From a virus (lineage: Duplodnaviria; Caudoviricetes): a stretch of DNA of 37,566 nt. The notes under the pieces were generated by a model that had not been told where the DNA came from, searched no databases, and worked only from the letters and a program-made list of their open reading frames with translations. The DNA lies in IMG/VR virus record IMGVR_UViG_3300033067_000376, positions 1 through 37,566 of that record, one strand, 5' to 3'. A program made the translations under genes and the position numbers. Shown here one piece after another: positions 27,882 to 35,989 of this stretch (its first letter is position 1; the number at the start of each line of letters is the position of its first letter).

Positions 27882-28399
27882 TGTTATTCTTATCAGCTGG
27901 ACACAGTAACTCAGACAGTGGAGCTGTTGCGAATGGATACTCTGAAGCTGCTCTAATGACAGAGTTTAGGAATTTAGTTATCTTCTATGTCAGTAATGCA
28001 CAGGTGCCGTTTATTTCAGATGGTAAGAAGAGTGACAACCTTCCACTGAAGCATGCTATGAGTATGGCTAAGCAGGCTACAATTGCTGTAGAGTTTCATC
28101 TTAATTCTGGGCCAGCGGGAGCTGGTGGGGTTGAGACACTATCGGCTCCAAAAGATTTTCAGCTTGGCGCTAAACTTTGCTATGCAGTCTCCCGAGTGCT
28201 AGGCATCCAGAATAGAGGGCCAAAGCCTGAGGATGCTGGCCACCACTCAAGGCTTGGGTTTGTGCAAGCAGGGGGGTTGATTTTAGAACTTTTCTTTATC
28301 ACTAACAAAGAGGAACTTCAGAAGTATTTAGACAAAAAATGGTTAGTTGCTAAAGCCGTCGCAGAACTTTTAATCCAGGAGATGAAGCATGAAGCTTGA
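27881..28399 (+). CDS. Endolysin, N-acetylmuramoyl-L-alanine amidase (Amidase_3)
   Basis: LSAGH...DSGA...E...EFHLNS...G.ET...ILELFFITN zinc-amidase motifs. Confidence 0.88.
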   Translation: MLFLSAGHSNSDSGAVANGYSEAALMTEFRNLVIFYVSNAQVPFISDGKKSDNLPLKHAMSMAKQATIAVEFHLNSGPAGAGGVETLSAPKDFQLGAKLCYAVSRVLGIQNRGPKPEDAGHHSRLGFVQAGGLILELFFITNKEELQKYLDKKWLVAKAVAELLIQEMKHEA

Positions 28400-28652
28400 G
28401 TTTATTGATAAGGCAGAGATGAAGAGAGTCTGGTCACTTCGTTGGGCTATTGCTACAGCTATTATTGCTGCAATTCCGGTTGCCTACATGGCACTTCCTT
28501 ATGACTGGACTTACGCAATTCCCGACTGGTTAAAAATTACGTTTGCTAGTTTGACTATGGGAACGGCCATTACTACCGCGGTAACTCGCGTAATCAAGCA
28601 ACCGGAGAAGCCTAGTGATAAGCCCAGCGATAGTGTGGAAGGTGATATCTGA
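28389..28652 (+). CDS. Holin
   Basis: 87 aa, two TM helices, charged C-terminus (RVIKQP...); between endolysin and spanin. Confidence 0.75.
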   Translation: MKLEFIDKAEMKRVWSLRWAIATAIIAAIPVAYMALPYDWTYAIPDWLKITFASLTMGTAITTAVTRVIKQPEKPSDKPSDSVEGDI

Positions 28653-29148
28653 GTTTGTTAAAAGTATTCCTTGGCAAGCTTATGCAATTGCGGCAGTTGT
28701 TTTGGCACTCTTACTGCTTAGACATATTAGCTATCGCCAAGGTCAGCAGGATGTGCAAGCTAAATGGGATGCACAGAAAGCTGCAACAGCTGAGCAGATT
28801 AGAGTCCTTCAACAAAAAGCAGCCCGAGTTAATGAGAGGGTTGTCACTCAAGTAGTTACACGAACACAGGTGATTCATGAAAAAGGTGATACAATTGTTC
28901 GAGAAATCCCCCGCTATATCCCCGTTGGTACTCCCGATCTGCCTAGTGGTTTCCGGGTGTTGCACGACGCAGCCGCAACTAACACCCTTCCCGGAAGCTC
29001 CAGCGGAACTACTGCAGCCCCCGTCCCAGTTGCAGACGCTACCAGCACCATCACAAAAAACTACACAGCCTGCCACATAGATCAAGAGAGGTTAGCAGGT
29101 TGGCAGCTTTGGTATAGCGAGCAACTTCGGCTGCATCGTCAAAACTAA
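28615..29148 (+). CDS. Rz: Inner-membrane spanin (Rz-like); start uncertain
   Basis: N-terminal TM helix, coiled-coil periplasmic part, GFRVLHDAAA motif. Confidence 0.75.
   Translation: MISPAIVWKVISEFVKSIPWQAYAIAAVVLALLLLRHISYRQGQQDVQAKWDAQKAATAEQIRVLQQKAARVNERVVTQVVTRTQVIHEKGDTIVREIPRYIPVGTPDLPSGFRVLHDAAATNTLPGSSSGTTAAPVPVADATSTITKNYTACHIDQERLAGWQLWYSEQLRLHRQN
28877..29080 (+). CDS. Rz1: Outer-membrane lipoprotein spanin (Rz1-like), embedded in Rz
   Basis: +1 frame inside Rz; MKK N-terminus, lipobox VSGC, Pro-rich mature part (PEAPAELLQPP). Confidence 0.75.
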   Translation: MKKVIQLFEKSPAISPLVLPICLVVSGCCTTQPQLTPFPEAPAELLQPPSQLQTLPAPSQKTTQPAT

Positions 29149-29160
29149 ACCTATGAACAC

Positions 29161-29201
29161 AAAAAAGGGTGAGGCTGTTTAGGCTTCACCCTTTCTTGTT
29201 T
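29161..29201. terminator. Bidirectional Rho-independent terminator between the convergent arms
   Basis: A6-GGGTGAGGC...GCTTCACCC-TTTCTTGTTT. Confidence 0.85.
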
Positions 29202-29212
29202 CTGTAAGTTGT

Positions 29213-29227
29213 ATTCACATTATGAAT
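29213..29227. promoter_or_regulatory. Palindromic box, copy 6 (ATTCACATTATGAAT, extendable to GT...AC)
   Basis: Intergenic, at the convergence of the two arms. Confidence 0.75.
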
Positions 29228-29232
29228 ACGGC

Positions 29233-30435
29233 TTAATTGCCAATCCAAGTGTACAACTTATCTGCCTCACTGACTAGTAGTTTAATCTGAAGCTTACCCA
29301 TTTGTTGTAGGGTGACTTCAATGTTAGCTAAGGTGTAGGGATCAATGTCTCGGTAGAACATTTGAAGCACTTTCTTTCTAGTAGTCACACCCATTTGCTG
29401 AATGTAGTTAGCAATAATATCAGTTTCTTCACTTGCCCGTGCCCTGCCAAGTCCACCAAAGGTCTTGGCCATATGAACTTCCGCGCTTTCCAGCAAGCCT
29501 TTTGCCTTATAAAAATCCACCTCTGTCAACTTAAGAGAGTCATCACGGGCAGCACTACATAAGAGCATCAGCTTTCGCAGGTGAGTTGCTCGGCGCTCAC
29601 AGTAACCAGCAAATCGCTTATCCTCAACAGCAGGTTTCCCAGCACTTAGCTTTGAGTCTTGGTCTATGTACCAGCTTACATAGGCGTCCTCGCCCTTTTG
29701 ATCGAATGTCATCTCACCGGCGAGATTAGATATTCGTTCCAAATCCTTTACCAGCTTTTCTCCAAGCTCCCTGGTAGCCTGGTCAATGACAAACTTTGGA
29801 ACAATCTTTCTTTTCTTTTCCTCAACAATGAAGATTACTCGACTAGTAAATCCACCTCCGAGAGCTTCTTGTGGAATCATACTCTGAATCCAGTCCGGAG
29901 CAGTCCCGCCAATTAAGTTAAGACAAAGTCCTTGCAGGGAGTCCTTACCACGGCCAACAGTCTCATACTCCCAATCATCTTTTGAATCATACCAGTCTGT
30001 TAGGTTGGATAGGTAGGCAATGTCACCTTGCCCGAGGAAGACACTAAGCTCTTCAGAGAATGCTGTTACCGAACAGTGGAACTTGATCTTCTTATCAACA
30101 GGATCCTCAAAGTTTTTACTTGCACGCTTCATAGCCAAGATCATAGCCTGCCGGCCGGAGGAACTCTCTGGAACCACAGTAATCCCCGGAGTTCTCTTAA
30201 GCATGTCCTTTGCAATACCAATAGCTGTGCCCTTTCGAGTTCGGCCACTTGGCCCTATAAGAACAACGTACAAATTTGGGTAGATTGTTTCTGCTAGTCC
30301 CCATTGCAGGTAGACTCGTCGTTGTAAAGCTCCTGCAATTACGGATAGACCGCACCAAGTGTGGTAGCTAACTGGGCTCTCAGTGCTATCTGTGTAAGTC
30401 AGGTAGCTGTCAAGCCAGTTGGTTAACTCCCGCAT
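29233..30435 (-). CDS. P-loop ATPase, putative replicative helicase (DUF3987/YfjI-like)
   Basis: PNLYVVLIGPSGRTRKGT (Walker A), FSEEL (Walker B), GGFTSR (arginine finger); adjacent to PolA. Confidence 0.7.
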   Translation of the reverse strand: MRELTNWLDSYLTYTDSTESPVSYHTWCGLSVIAGALQRRVYLQWGLAETIYPNLYVVLIGPSGRTRKGTAIGIAKDMLKRTPGITVVPESSSGRQAMILAMKRASKNFEDPVDKKIKFHCSVTAFSEELSVFLGQGDIAYLSNLTDWYDSKDDWEYETVGRGKDSLQGLCLNLIGGTAPDWIQSMIPQEALGGGFTSRVIFIVEEKKRKIVPKFVIDQATRELGEKLVKDLERISNLAGEMTFDQKGEDAYVSWYIDQDSKLSAGKPAVEDKRFAGYCERRATHLRKLMLLCSAARDDSLKLTEVDFYKAKGLLESAEVHMAKTFGGLGRARASEETDIIANYIQQMGVTTRKKVLQMFYRDIDPYTLANIEVTLQQMGKLQIKLLVSEADKLYTWIGN

Positions 30436-31945
30436 CTTTCCATCCTTCCAGTGCAGTTAGAAACTGTTCATGGGATTCTATGTCCAACATTCCAGTTGGA
30501 TTCCGGATCTTGTGCCTCTCACCCCAGTTTAGGCCAAACTTAAAATCACTAGCAATCTTAAAGGTTCGCCCACTATAGGTGATAGGAGGACTGGTATAGG
30601 CAACAACCTTTTCAATAAACTCTTTGAACGACTCTGGGTTTTTCAGTACATTTACAGGGACTTGCATTAACACTGAGTCATGAACTTGCGTAAGCACATC
30701 AATGTTAAAGCCTTTACTTCCACACAGATCAGAGTCTTGATAGATGGCAACCATGCCACTGTTCAAAGAATCAACTACCGTACTCTGTGGAATCATGGCA
30801 TAGGCACTTTTCCACAAGTCATCGCCCCACTGTCCCATAAATCTAACTGAGCGCCCGAAACAATTGGTGAGGGTGCGGGTGGCACTGAGTTCTCGTTTAA
30901 CTTGCTCATACCAAACTCTGATGCCGGGATAAATCTGGTGGTATAGTGAGACAATTCGCTTTGCTTCAGGTATTTCAATTTCGTTAATAAGTGCGAAACC
31001 ATTAGGCCCTTCATCATAGTTAAGACCATGGTTGGACTTTTTGCCACATTGCCGCAATGACATTGTGCGAGGCCATCTGGCGTCATAGATCTCTGACAAC
31101 TCACGTTGCCGCAACTGCCTAATAAAATCTGCATCAGTGGAGTGTCCAATTAGTGTGCCCTCGACTTTAATAATCCCAGGATCAATCCCGAACATTAGGC
31201 TGGCAGTATGAGTGTGAACGTCGATGCCCTTCTCGACAGCAGCAATCATGTTAGCATCACCGCTGGCATAAGCTACAACAACCCACTCAGCCTGCCGCTT
31301 GTCAACCTCAACAAAGACATAACCATCATCAGCCACGATGAACTTCTTAAACTCTTGCGGTAGATTCTGTAAGTTTGTTCCGGTGCCAAAGATAGTTTTA
31401 GAACTTGACAACCTACCAAACTTAGTCCCACGAGGATTAAAAGAACACCTAATTCGAGAGTCCTTATCAAACTCCAGATTCAGGTAGGTTCCGCTAAGTT
31501 TTTTCAATCCCCTGATTTCTTGCACCAGCTTTGCTTGGTGAAGCCCGGGTTGCTTAGCTGTGCCTCGAACTAACCGTTGCAACGCCTTATCATCGACTGT
31601 AGCATTTCCAACCTTGTTTGTGTAAGGTTTGTATCCAAGTTCTTTGTAGAAGTAGTCTTGACAATCTTTTGGGCTTAAAGGATTCAGTACTCGACCGCAA
31701 GCCTCATTAAGCTCAATTTGTTTTTTGGCTATATCATCTTGAACGTCTTGCCTAGTGCTCGCCAGCGCACGCATGTCAACCTTAATGCCACGAGTTTGCA
31801 TGAACATCAGCACAGGAAAGAGTTTCATCGTTAAGTCTACGGCTGGCTTAAACTGATTAAGCTCATGCCAGAAGCGTTCGTATATCTCTAAAGTACAAGC
31901 CGCGTCAAGGGCAGCATACTTTAGAAAGTCCTCAGACATTTTCAT
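30410..31945 (-). CDS. polA: DNA polymerase family A, C-terminal subunit (ExoIII motif + polymerase domain)
   Basis: YAALDA (ExoIII), GRLSS, NLQN, motif A DKRQAE, motif B RQCGKKSNHGLNY, motif C QVHDS; GGGAG RBS before ATG 31945. Confidence 0.9.
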   Translation of the reverse strand: MKMSEDFLKYAALDAACTLEIYERFWHELNQFKPAVDLTMKLFPVLMFMQTRGIKVDMRALASTRQDVQDDIAKKQIELNEACGRVLNPLSPKDCQDYFYKELGYKPYTNKVGNATVDDKALQRLVRGTAKQPGLHQAKLVQEIRGLKKLSGTYLNLEFDKDSRIRCSFNPRGTKFGRLSSSKTIFGTGTNLQNLPQEFKKFIVADDGYVFVEVDKRQAEWVVVAYASGDANMIAAVEKGIDVHTHTASLMFGIDPGIIKVEGTLIGHSTDADFIRQLRQRELSEIYDARWPRTMSLRQCGKKSNHGLNYDEGPNGFALINEIEIPEAKRIVSLYHQIYPGIRVWYEQVKRELSATRTLTNCFGRSVRFMGQWGDDLWKSAYAMIPQSTVVDSLNSGMVAIYQDSDLCGSKGFNIDVLTQVHDSVLMQVPVNVLKNPESFKEFIEKVVAYTSPPITYSGRTFKIASDFKFGLNWGERHKIRNPTGMLDIESHEQFLTALEGWKDAGVNQLA

Positions 31946-32148
31946 TAGTCGCAAACTCCCGAAGGGCAGCCGGTTTTAATACTCTGGCCATAAGCTTTAT
32001 AAGCGGTGTAAGCTCCAAGAAAACTCTTGTATGGCCCAATAGCATCATCACCAGACTCATTCCAGAAGTAGTAATGGTTGTCCAAAAGCCCCATGTCTGT
32101 GAGTGCTTGGTAGTTTTCAAGTCCTTTGTTTACAAGAAAAATATTCAT
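31945..32148 (-). CDS. Small hypothetical protein (67 aa) between the two polymerase halves
   Basis: AAGGA RBS; ATGA and TAATG couplings on either side; YYFWNE...GPY. Confidence 0.65.
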   Translation of the reverse strand: MNIFLVNKGLENYQALTDMGLLDNHYYFWNESGDDAIGPYKSFLGAYTAYKAYGQSIKTGCPSGVCD

Positions 32149-33176
32149 GAGTTTTCCTTGATGTTAGTAAACTTCGCCAAATCCTTCCAGTATTCCTGAG
32201 ATCCGCAGTAGATGCTGCCAAGGAAGCCAAGCCCCTTTTGTAACTCAGGATACATGCAAGAATGCCCAATCATAGTATCTCGGATTTCTCCAGCAATTAA
32301 AAGCCCATACCGAGCCAGCATGAACTGGATGTCGAAGATTCCATTTTGCAAAACTTTAATGGTATTAGGATTCCCTAGGAGTCTGTCGAGCCTTCGCCAG
32401 ATTACAAACTCCTCCTCAAGAGTCCACCTATCTGCAATAGGAATCACGCAAGCAACACTAGGATCAATGGAAAGATTAATACAGCTTACTTCATAGTTGA
32501 TTACTTCGATATCAACTGACAGTGGTTTGTTAGGCTGGCTCTCAAAGTAATCCAGCCAACTTACAGCTTCCTCAAGACTTGCGAAGTTATAGATTAACTT
32601 TCTGTCTGGCCGCCGAAGCTCGGGGAACAAACTTTCTTGCTTAGCTTTCTTAAGATCACAAGTAATCAGGTGTCGATAGATATACATTCCCCTAACTGCC
32701 TGGCTTGGAGAAAACGTCGGGATCACCTTAACACAACGTCCTAAACCCAAACTAGGAAACACATACCCACGCTTAGCACTGACCTTGCTAATCCCGCATA
32801 CAGCCGCACTGGCAGCAGCCCCGCAGGTAACTATCACATTACCGTCAAAATCTTTTAACTCTTCCTGTAAGGCACTAACTGCTTCCTGTCCTGCTGCGGT
32901 AAACTTTCCAGTTCTCTCAGAAAAAAGGTCTGGCCTAGCTCCCTCGGGAGTTGGTCGGGCAGCTTTATAACTTTTGAATATATTAGTCAAATACACCTCG
33001 CCCCGGATTAGTTGAGCAAGGTGTAAGCACTGAGAGAGTACTGTTCCAGCAGTTCCCTGAAACGGCCGCAATACTTTATCGTCATAAGCTGAGGAGTAGT
33101 CACCTATGATGGCAATCTTCGCAGAAAGATCCCCCTCGGGTTTGACCACCCTATCAGCCTTAAAAGGAATAAACAT
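32145..33176 (-). CDS. DNA polymerase N-terminal subunit: UDG-family-4-like domain + 3'-5' exonuclease (ExoI/II)
   Basis: EGDLSAKIAIIG...PFQGTAG..L...YLTN (UDG fold); SVDIE (ExoI), QNGIFD (ExoII), DTM. Confidence 0.8.
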   Translation of the reverse strand: MFIPFKADRVVKPEGDLSAKIAIIGDYSSAYDDKVLRPFQGTAGTVLSQCLHLAQLIRGEVYLTNIFKSYKAARPTPEGARPDLFSERTGKFTAAGQEAVSALQEELKDFDGNVIVTCGAAASAAVCGISKVSAKRGYVFPSLGLGRCVKVIPTFSPSQAVRGMYIYRHLITCDLKKAKQESLFPELRRPDRKLIYNFASLEEAVSWLDYFESQPNKPLSVDIEVINYEVSCINLSIDPSVACVIPIADRWTLEEEFVIWRRLDRLLGNPNTIKVLQNGIFDIQFMLARYGLLIAGEIRDTMIGHSCMYPELQKGLGFLGSIYCGSQEYWKDLAKFTNIKENS

Positions 33177-33178
33177 AA

Positions 33179-34489
33179 TTACTCCGAAGCAAAGAGTTTC
33201 TTTGTGTCCTCTTCTACTGCCAGCAAGAACTTATCTTTATAGCTTCCATCAAGGTCAAACCCAAAGCCGTGCATCCCGAGATTATAAACAGCTCGTAAAG
33301 TAGCACCGCTCCCCAGGAAAGGTATAAAAACATTAGACATCCCGGCAACCAGCGTTCGGAAAATCTCTTCAATAAGGGCCGTCGGCCGCTGAGTAGGATG
33401 ATACTTGCGAGACTCAGGAGAAAAACTAAAGACGTTGCTCCTACCGCGTTCCACCATAACAGGCTTGCCCTTTCGGCAAAGATAGAAAGGCTCATAGCAT
33501 CGGGCATAGTAAAGCTCCGGTTGCATAGTTTGACCATTCGGCTTCACCCACAGAGCAGGAATCTCGTCAACAAGCCAGCCGGCAGACCTCAAACTTTCCA
33601 GCACCTCAGCCTGCCACGTAGGGCCGAACCAAAACACTAACCAACAATCCTTTCCTGCAACGCGATAAAGTTCTTTGGTTAGGTTGTCCAAGAAACCCTT
33701 ATAGGTTTCCGAACTAACTTCCTTGTAGTCATCAGCCGCGCTGCCTGACTTTTGCGCTCCAAGATCAATTCCATAGGGCGGATCACACTCAATCAAAGAA
33801 ATGTTACCACTGGACTTTAGCTTAGCCATCCCAGTAAACACATCCCCGACTCGATAATTTTCCATAGCTATTTTAAGCGTATCAGCTATGCCCTTATCAA
33901 GACCCTTTGCAGGAGCCTGGAGCTTGGCATCTTGACGCTTTCGCATCTCAGAAACCAGTGCATGTTCTTCGAGTTTCTTAATCATTTTAAAGGCATCATC
34001 AGCAGTCTTGGCCTCGCCAAGTGCCGGCATTGCCTTAATAGCATTGGCCAACTGGATGTCTTTGTTAGTAATCCCAACACTCATCTCAAGAAGGTCAGCC
34101 GTTTTTTGCTGATTCCATCCAGGGTTTTTCTTGCGGTAGAGTTCGTCAATCTCCGCAGTCAGTTTAGCGCGCTCTTGCCAAGTAAAGTCTTTGCGAAAGA
34201 CATTCTCCATCAACTCAATTTCTTTTGAGTCCAGCAGGTCAGAACTGTCACGCAAGATAGCTGGGATACTTTCAAGCCCCAAGTCTGTGCAAGCCTGAAA
34301 GCGCCGTCCGCCAGCAAGCAGAACGAGATCAGATGTCAGAGTGATAGGTTGCAGGATTCCCTTAGCTTTGATGCTTTCCTTTAGAGCTTCCAAGTCTCCA
34401 AAGTCTTGCCGAGCACGGTCTTGAACAGTAATATCAGAGAGCTTCACATGCTTCAGCTTATCCTTCCGCTGTCCCTCAATCTTTTGCAT
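33179..34489 (-). CDS. ParB/Srx-domain + HTH + amino-DNA methyltransferase fusion
   Basis: LKESIK..GILQPI...LAGGRR...EN..RKD (ParB); QQKTADLLEMS (HTH); DPPY, HPTQRP, PFLGSG (beta-class MTase). Confidence 0.85.
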   Translation of the reverse strand: MQKIEGQRKDKLKHVKLSDITVQDRARQDFGDLEALKESIKAKGILQPITLTSDLVLLAGGRRFQACTDLGLESIPAILRDSSDLLDSKEIELMENVFRKDFTWQERAKLTAEIDELYRKKNPGWNQQKTADLLEMSVGITNKDIQLANAIKAMPALGEAKTADDAFKMIKKLEEHALVSEMRKRQDAKLQAPAKGLDKGIADTLKIAMENYRVGDVFTGMAKLKSSGNISLIECDPPYGIDLGAQKSGSAADDYKEVSSETYKGFLDNLTKELYRVAGKDCWLVFWFGPTWQAEVLESLRSAGWLVDEIPALWVKPNGQTMQPELYYARCYEPFYLCRKGKPVMVERGRSNVFSFSPESRKYHPTQRPTALIEEIFRTLVAGMSNVFIPFLGSGATLRAVYNLGMHGFGFDLDGSYKDKFLLAVEEDTKKLFASE

Positions 34490-34721
34490 TAGATTTCTCC
34501 AGTTCGGCTAATAGTTGCGCAAGGGCTTCGTTAGATAGCCCGCTTAGGATACCTTGAGTTTTGTGAATCTTTGTAACCCTACCCTTGTTACTTTCTCTAG
34601 TCTTTCTAGCAGCAGCTGCTGGCCGAGCCACTGTTCGATTGTGCCTAATTTGCTTAAGCCTTTCCATTAGGTCTTCATCAGACAGCGCGCTAAGGGGTTT
34701 TACTAAATCATCAAGTTGCAT
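34476..34721 (-). CDS. Hypothetical protein (81 aa)
   Basis: In-operon, GGAG RBS, basic/helical. Confidence 0.6.
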   Translation of the reverse strand: MQLDDLVKPLSALSDEDLMERLKQIRHNRTVARPAAAARKTRESNKGRVTKIHKTQGILSGLSNEALAQLLAELEKSNAKD

Positions 34722-34724
34722 ACA

Positions 34725-35411
34725 TTACTCCCGTGTAGCCAGTTCCTTCTTTGCAGCAGCTAAAACAGCTTCGTCCATGTTAGGTTGTGAGATTAGCCAG
34801 TTTAGGTAGTCCGCCCCAATTACAGTAAACTTAAGACCTTTGTACCGACCAAAGGGCATTTTTAGAAGATCTCTTGGAGAGCTTGTCCATGTCAGCAGAG
34901 TTTCTGGAGTTTGATACTTTAAAAGCTCGTTAAGGATGGCCGTTGTAGTTAGGCAGTCCCCTAAAGCTGTGTGAGATTGTTGACTGAAAGACCTACCGCA
35001 ACGATCAAGCTTGAGCCAGTACTTCAAACCTTCATTGCTATGCGTCGGGGCATCTGGCCACTGGCGAAGAGCACACTTGTATGTACAAATCCAAGGATAC
35101 TCTGACAGTCCTACAAAGGATTGGTCAAACTTAGCATTGTGTGCAACAAGATACTTAGCTCCCCATGCTTCAAGGGTTTGTTTTACCTGTGGGAAAAAGG
35201 CTTCCCATGTTGGAGAGTCTTTTACATCACTATTAGTAATATGATGAATAGCACTAACACTTGCAGGAATATCTTGGGTAGGATTGATTAAGCTAGCCTG
35301 GATAAAGTTAGGCCCAACCGCACAGAACTCTACAATTTTATCAGTGGCCGAGGAAAGTCCAGTTGTTTCTACATCTATTACAACAAAAGTTTGTTCTGGA
35401 ACATCACTCAT
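34725..35411 (-). CDS. DEDDh 3'-5' exonuclease (DnaQ/ExoX-like)
   Basis: VIDVETTG, VAHNAKFD, HTALGD; C-terminal MPFGRYKG module. Confidence 0.88.
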   Translation of the reverse strand: MSDVPEQTFVVIDVETTGLSSATDKIVEFCAVGPNFIQASLINPTQDIPASVSAIHHITNSDVKDSPTWEAFFPQVKQTLEAWGAKYLVAHNAKFDQSFVGLSEYPWICTYKCALRQWPDAPTHSNEGLKYWLKLDRCGRSFSQQSHTALGDCLTTTAILNELLKYQTPETLLTWTSSPRDLLKMPFGRYKGLKFTVIGADYLNWLISQPNMDEAVLAAAKKELATRE

Positions 35412-35423
35412 TGAGTATCTCCT

Positions 35424-35459
35424 AAAAACGGTGCCCCAGAGATTTCTCCCCAGGGCACC
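35424..35459 (-). terminator. Probable terminator after the SSB gene
   Basis: GGTGCCC...GGGCACC stem followed by GTTTTT on the minus strand. Confidence 0.6.
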
Positions 35460-35466
35460 AAGGTTG

Positions 35467-35898
35467 TTAGTCGATCCGCGGAAGGACTAAGCGATTGTAA
35501 ACGTTCCCATTGTCATCAGGGGCGCTGAGGGAAACTTCCATGTCCGCCGAGCAACCGATCATTGCAAGACAAGTTTCTTCAAGATCAATTCCATTCGAGT
35601 CAAAGGGAACCCCATAGATCAACAAGAAACGCTTCAACATGCGAGCTTTAAAACTTGCTGCTCGCGGTTCATCATCAGCATGTGGGAGTGCGATGAAATG
35701 CGTGACAGCTGGGGCATTTGACTCCTCAACAGAATCACCAGTAAACACAATGCTCACAACAATTTGATCTCGACCGGGATGCTTAGACCGTTCACCAGTT
35801 TGCTTTACCTCAGCATTAGTAATCTGCGTAGCATACCGACCAGCAGTCAGCGGAGCCGGCTCAACAACGGAATCAAAGTCAACGTTAAGAAAAGTCAT
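35467..35898 (-). CDS. Putative ssDNA-binding protein (DUF669-like)
   Basis: P...GRY..QITNAEVK..S....G...YN pattern; adjacent to the Sak4-like ATPase; ATG 35898 with AAGG RBS. Confidence 0.6.
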   Translation of the reverse strand: MTFLNVDFDSVVEPAPLTAGRYATQITNAEVKQTGERSKHPGRDQIVVSIVFTGDSVEESNAPAVTHFIALPHADDEPRAASFKARMLKRFLLIYGVPFDSNGIDLEETCLAMIGCSADMEVSLSAPDDNGNVYNRLVLPRID

Positions 35899-35939
35899 AC
35901 AATTACCTTTTGAGATTAGGCCTTTCGGCAATTAGGGGT

Positions 35940-35954
35940 ATTCACATTGTGAAT
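35940..35954. promoter_or_regulatory. Palindromic box, copy 7 (ATTCACATTGTGAAT)
   Basis: Perfect copy, intergenic, upstream of the SSB gene. Confidence 0.8.
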
Positions 35955-35989
35955 GCAACTTGCAACACCTCATCTATTCTTCTTCCATA

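Noticed and set aside
31940-32150. Intron, split intein or ribosomal bypass joining the polymerase halves
   Set aside because: No intein terminal residues or homing endonuclease; the insert is a coupled ORF and the downstream half has its own RBS. Not excluded without RNA or protein data.
444-35954. Palindromic boxes as CRISPR repeats, CRP sites or lac operator
   Set aside because: Copies are kilobases apart with no spacer array; half-site order is opposite to CRP (TGTGA-N6-TCACA); lac similarity is limited to TGTGAGCG at one copy.
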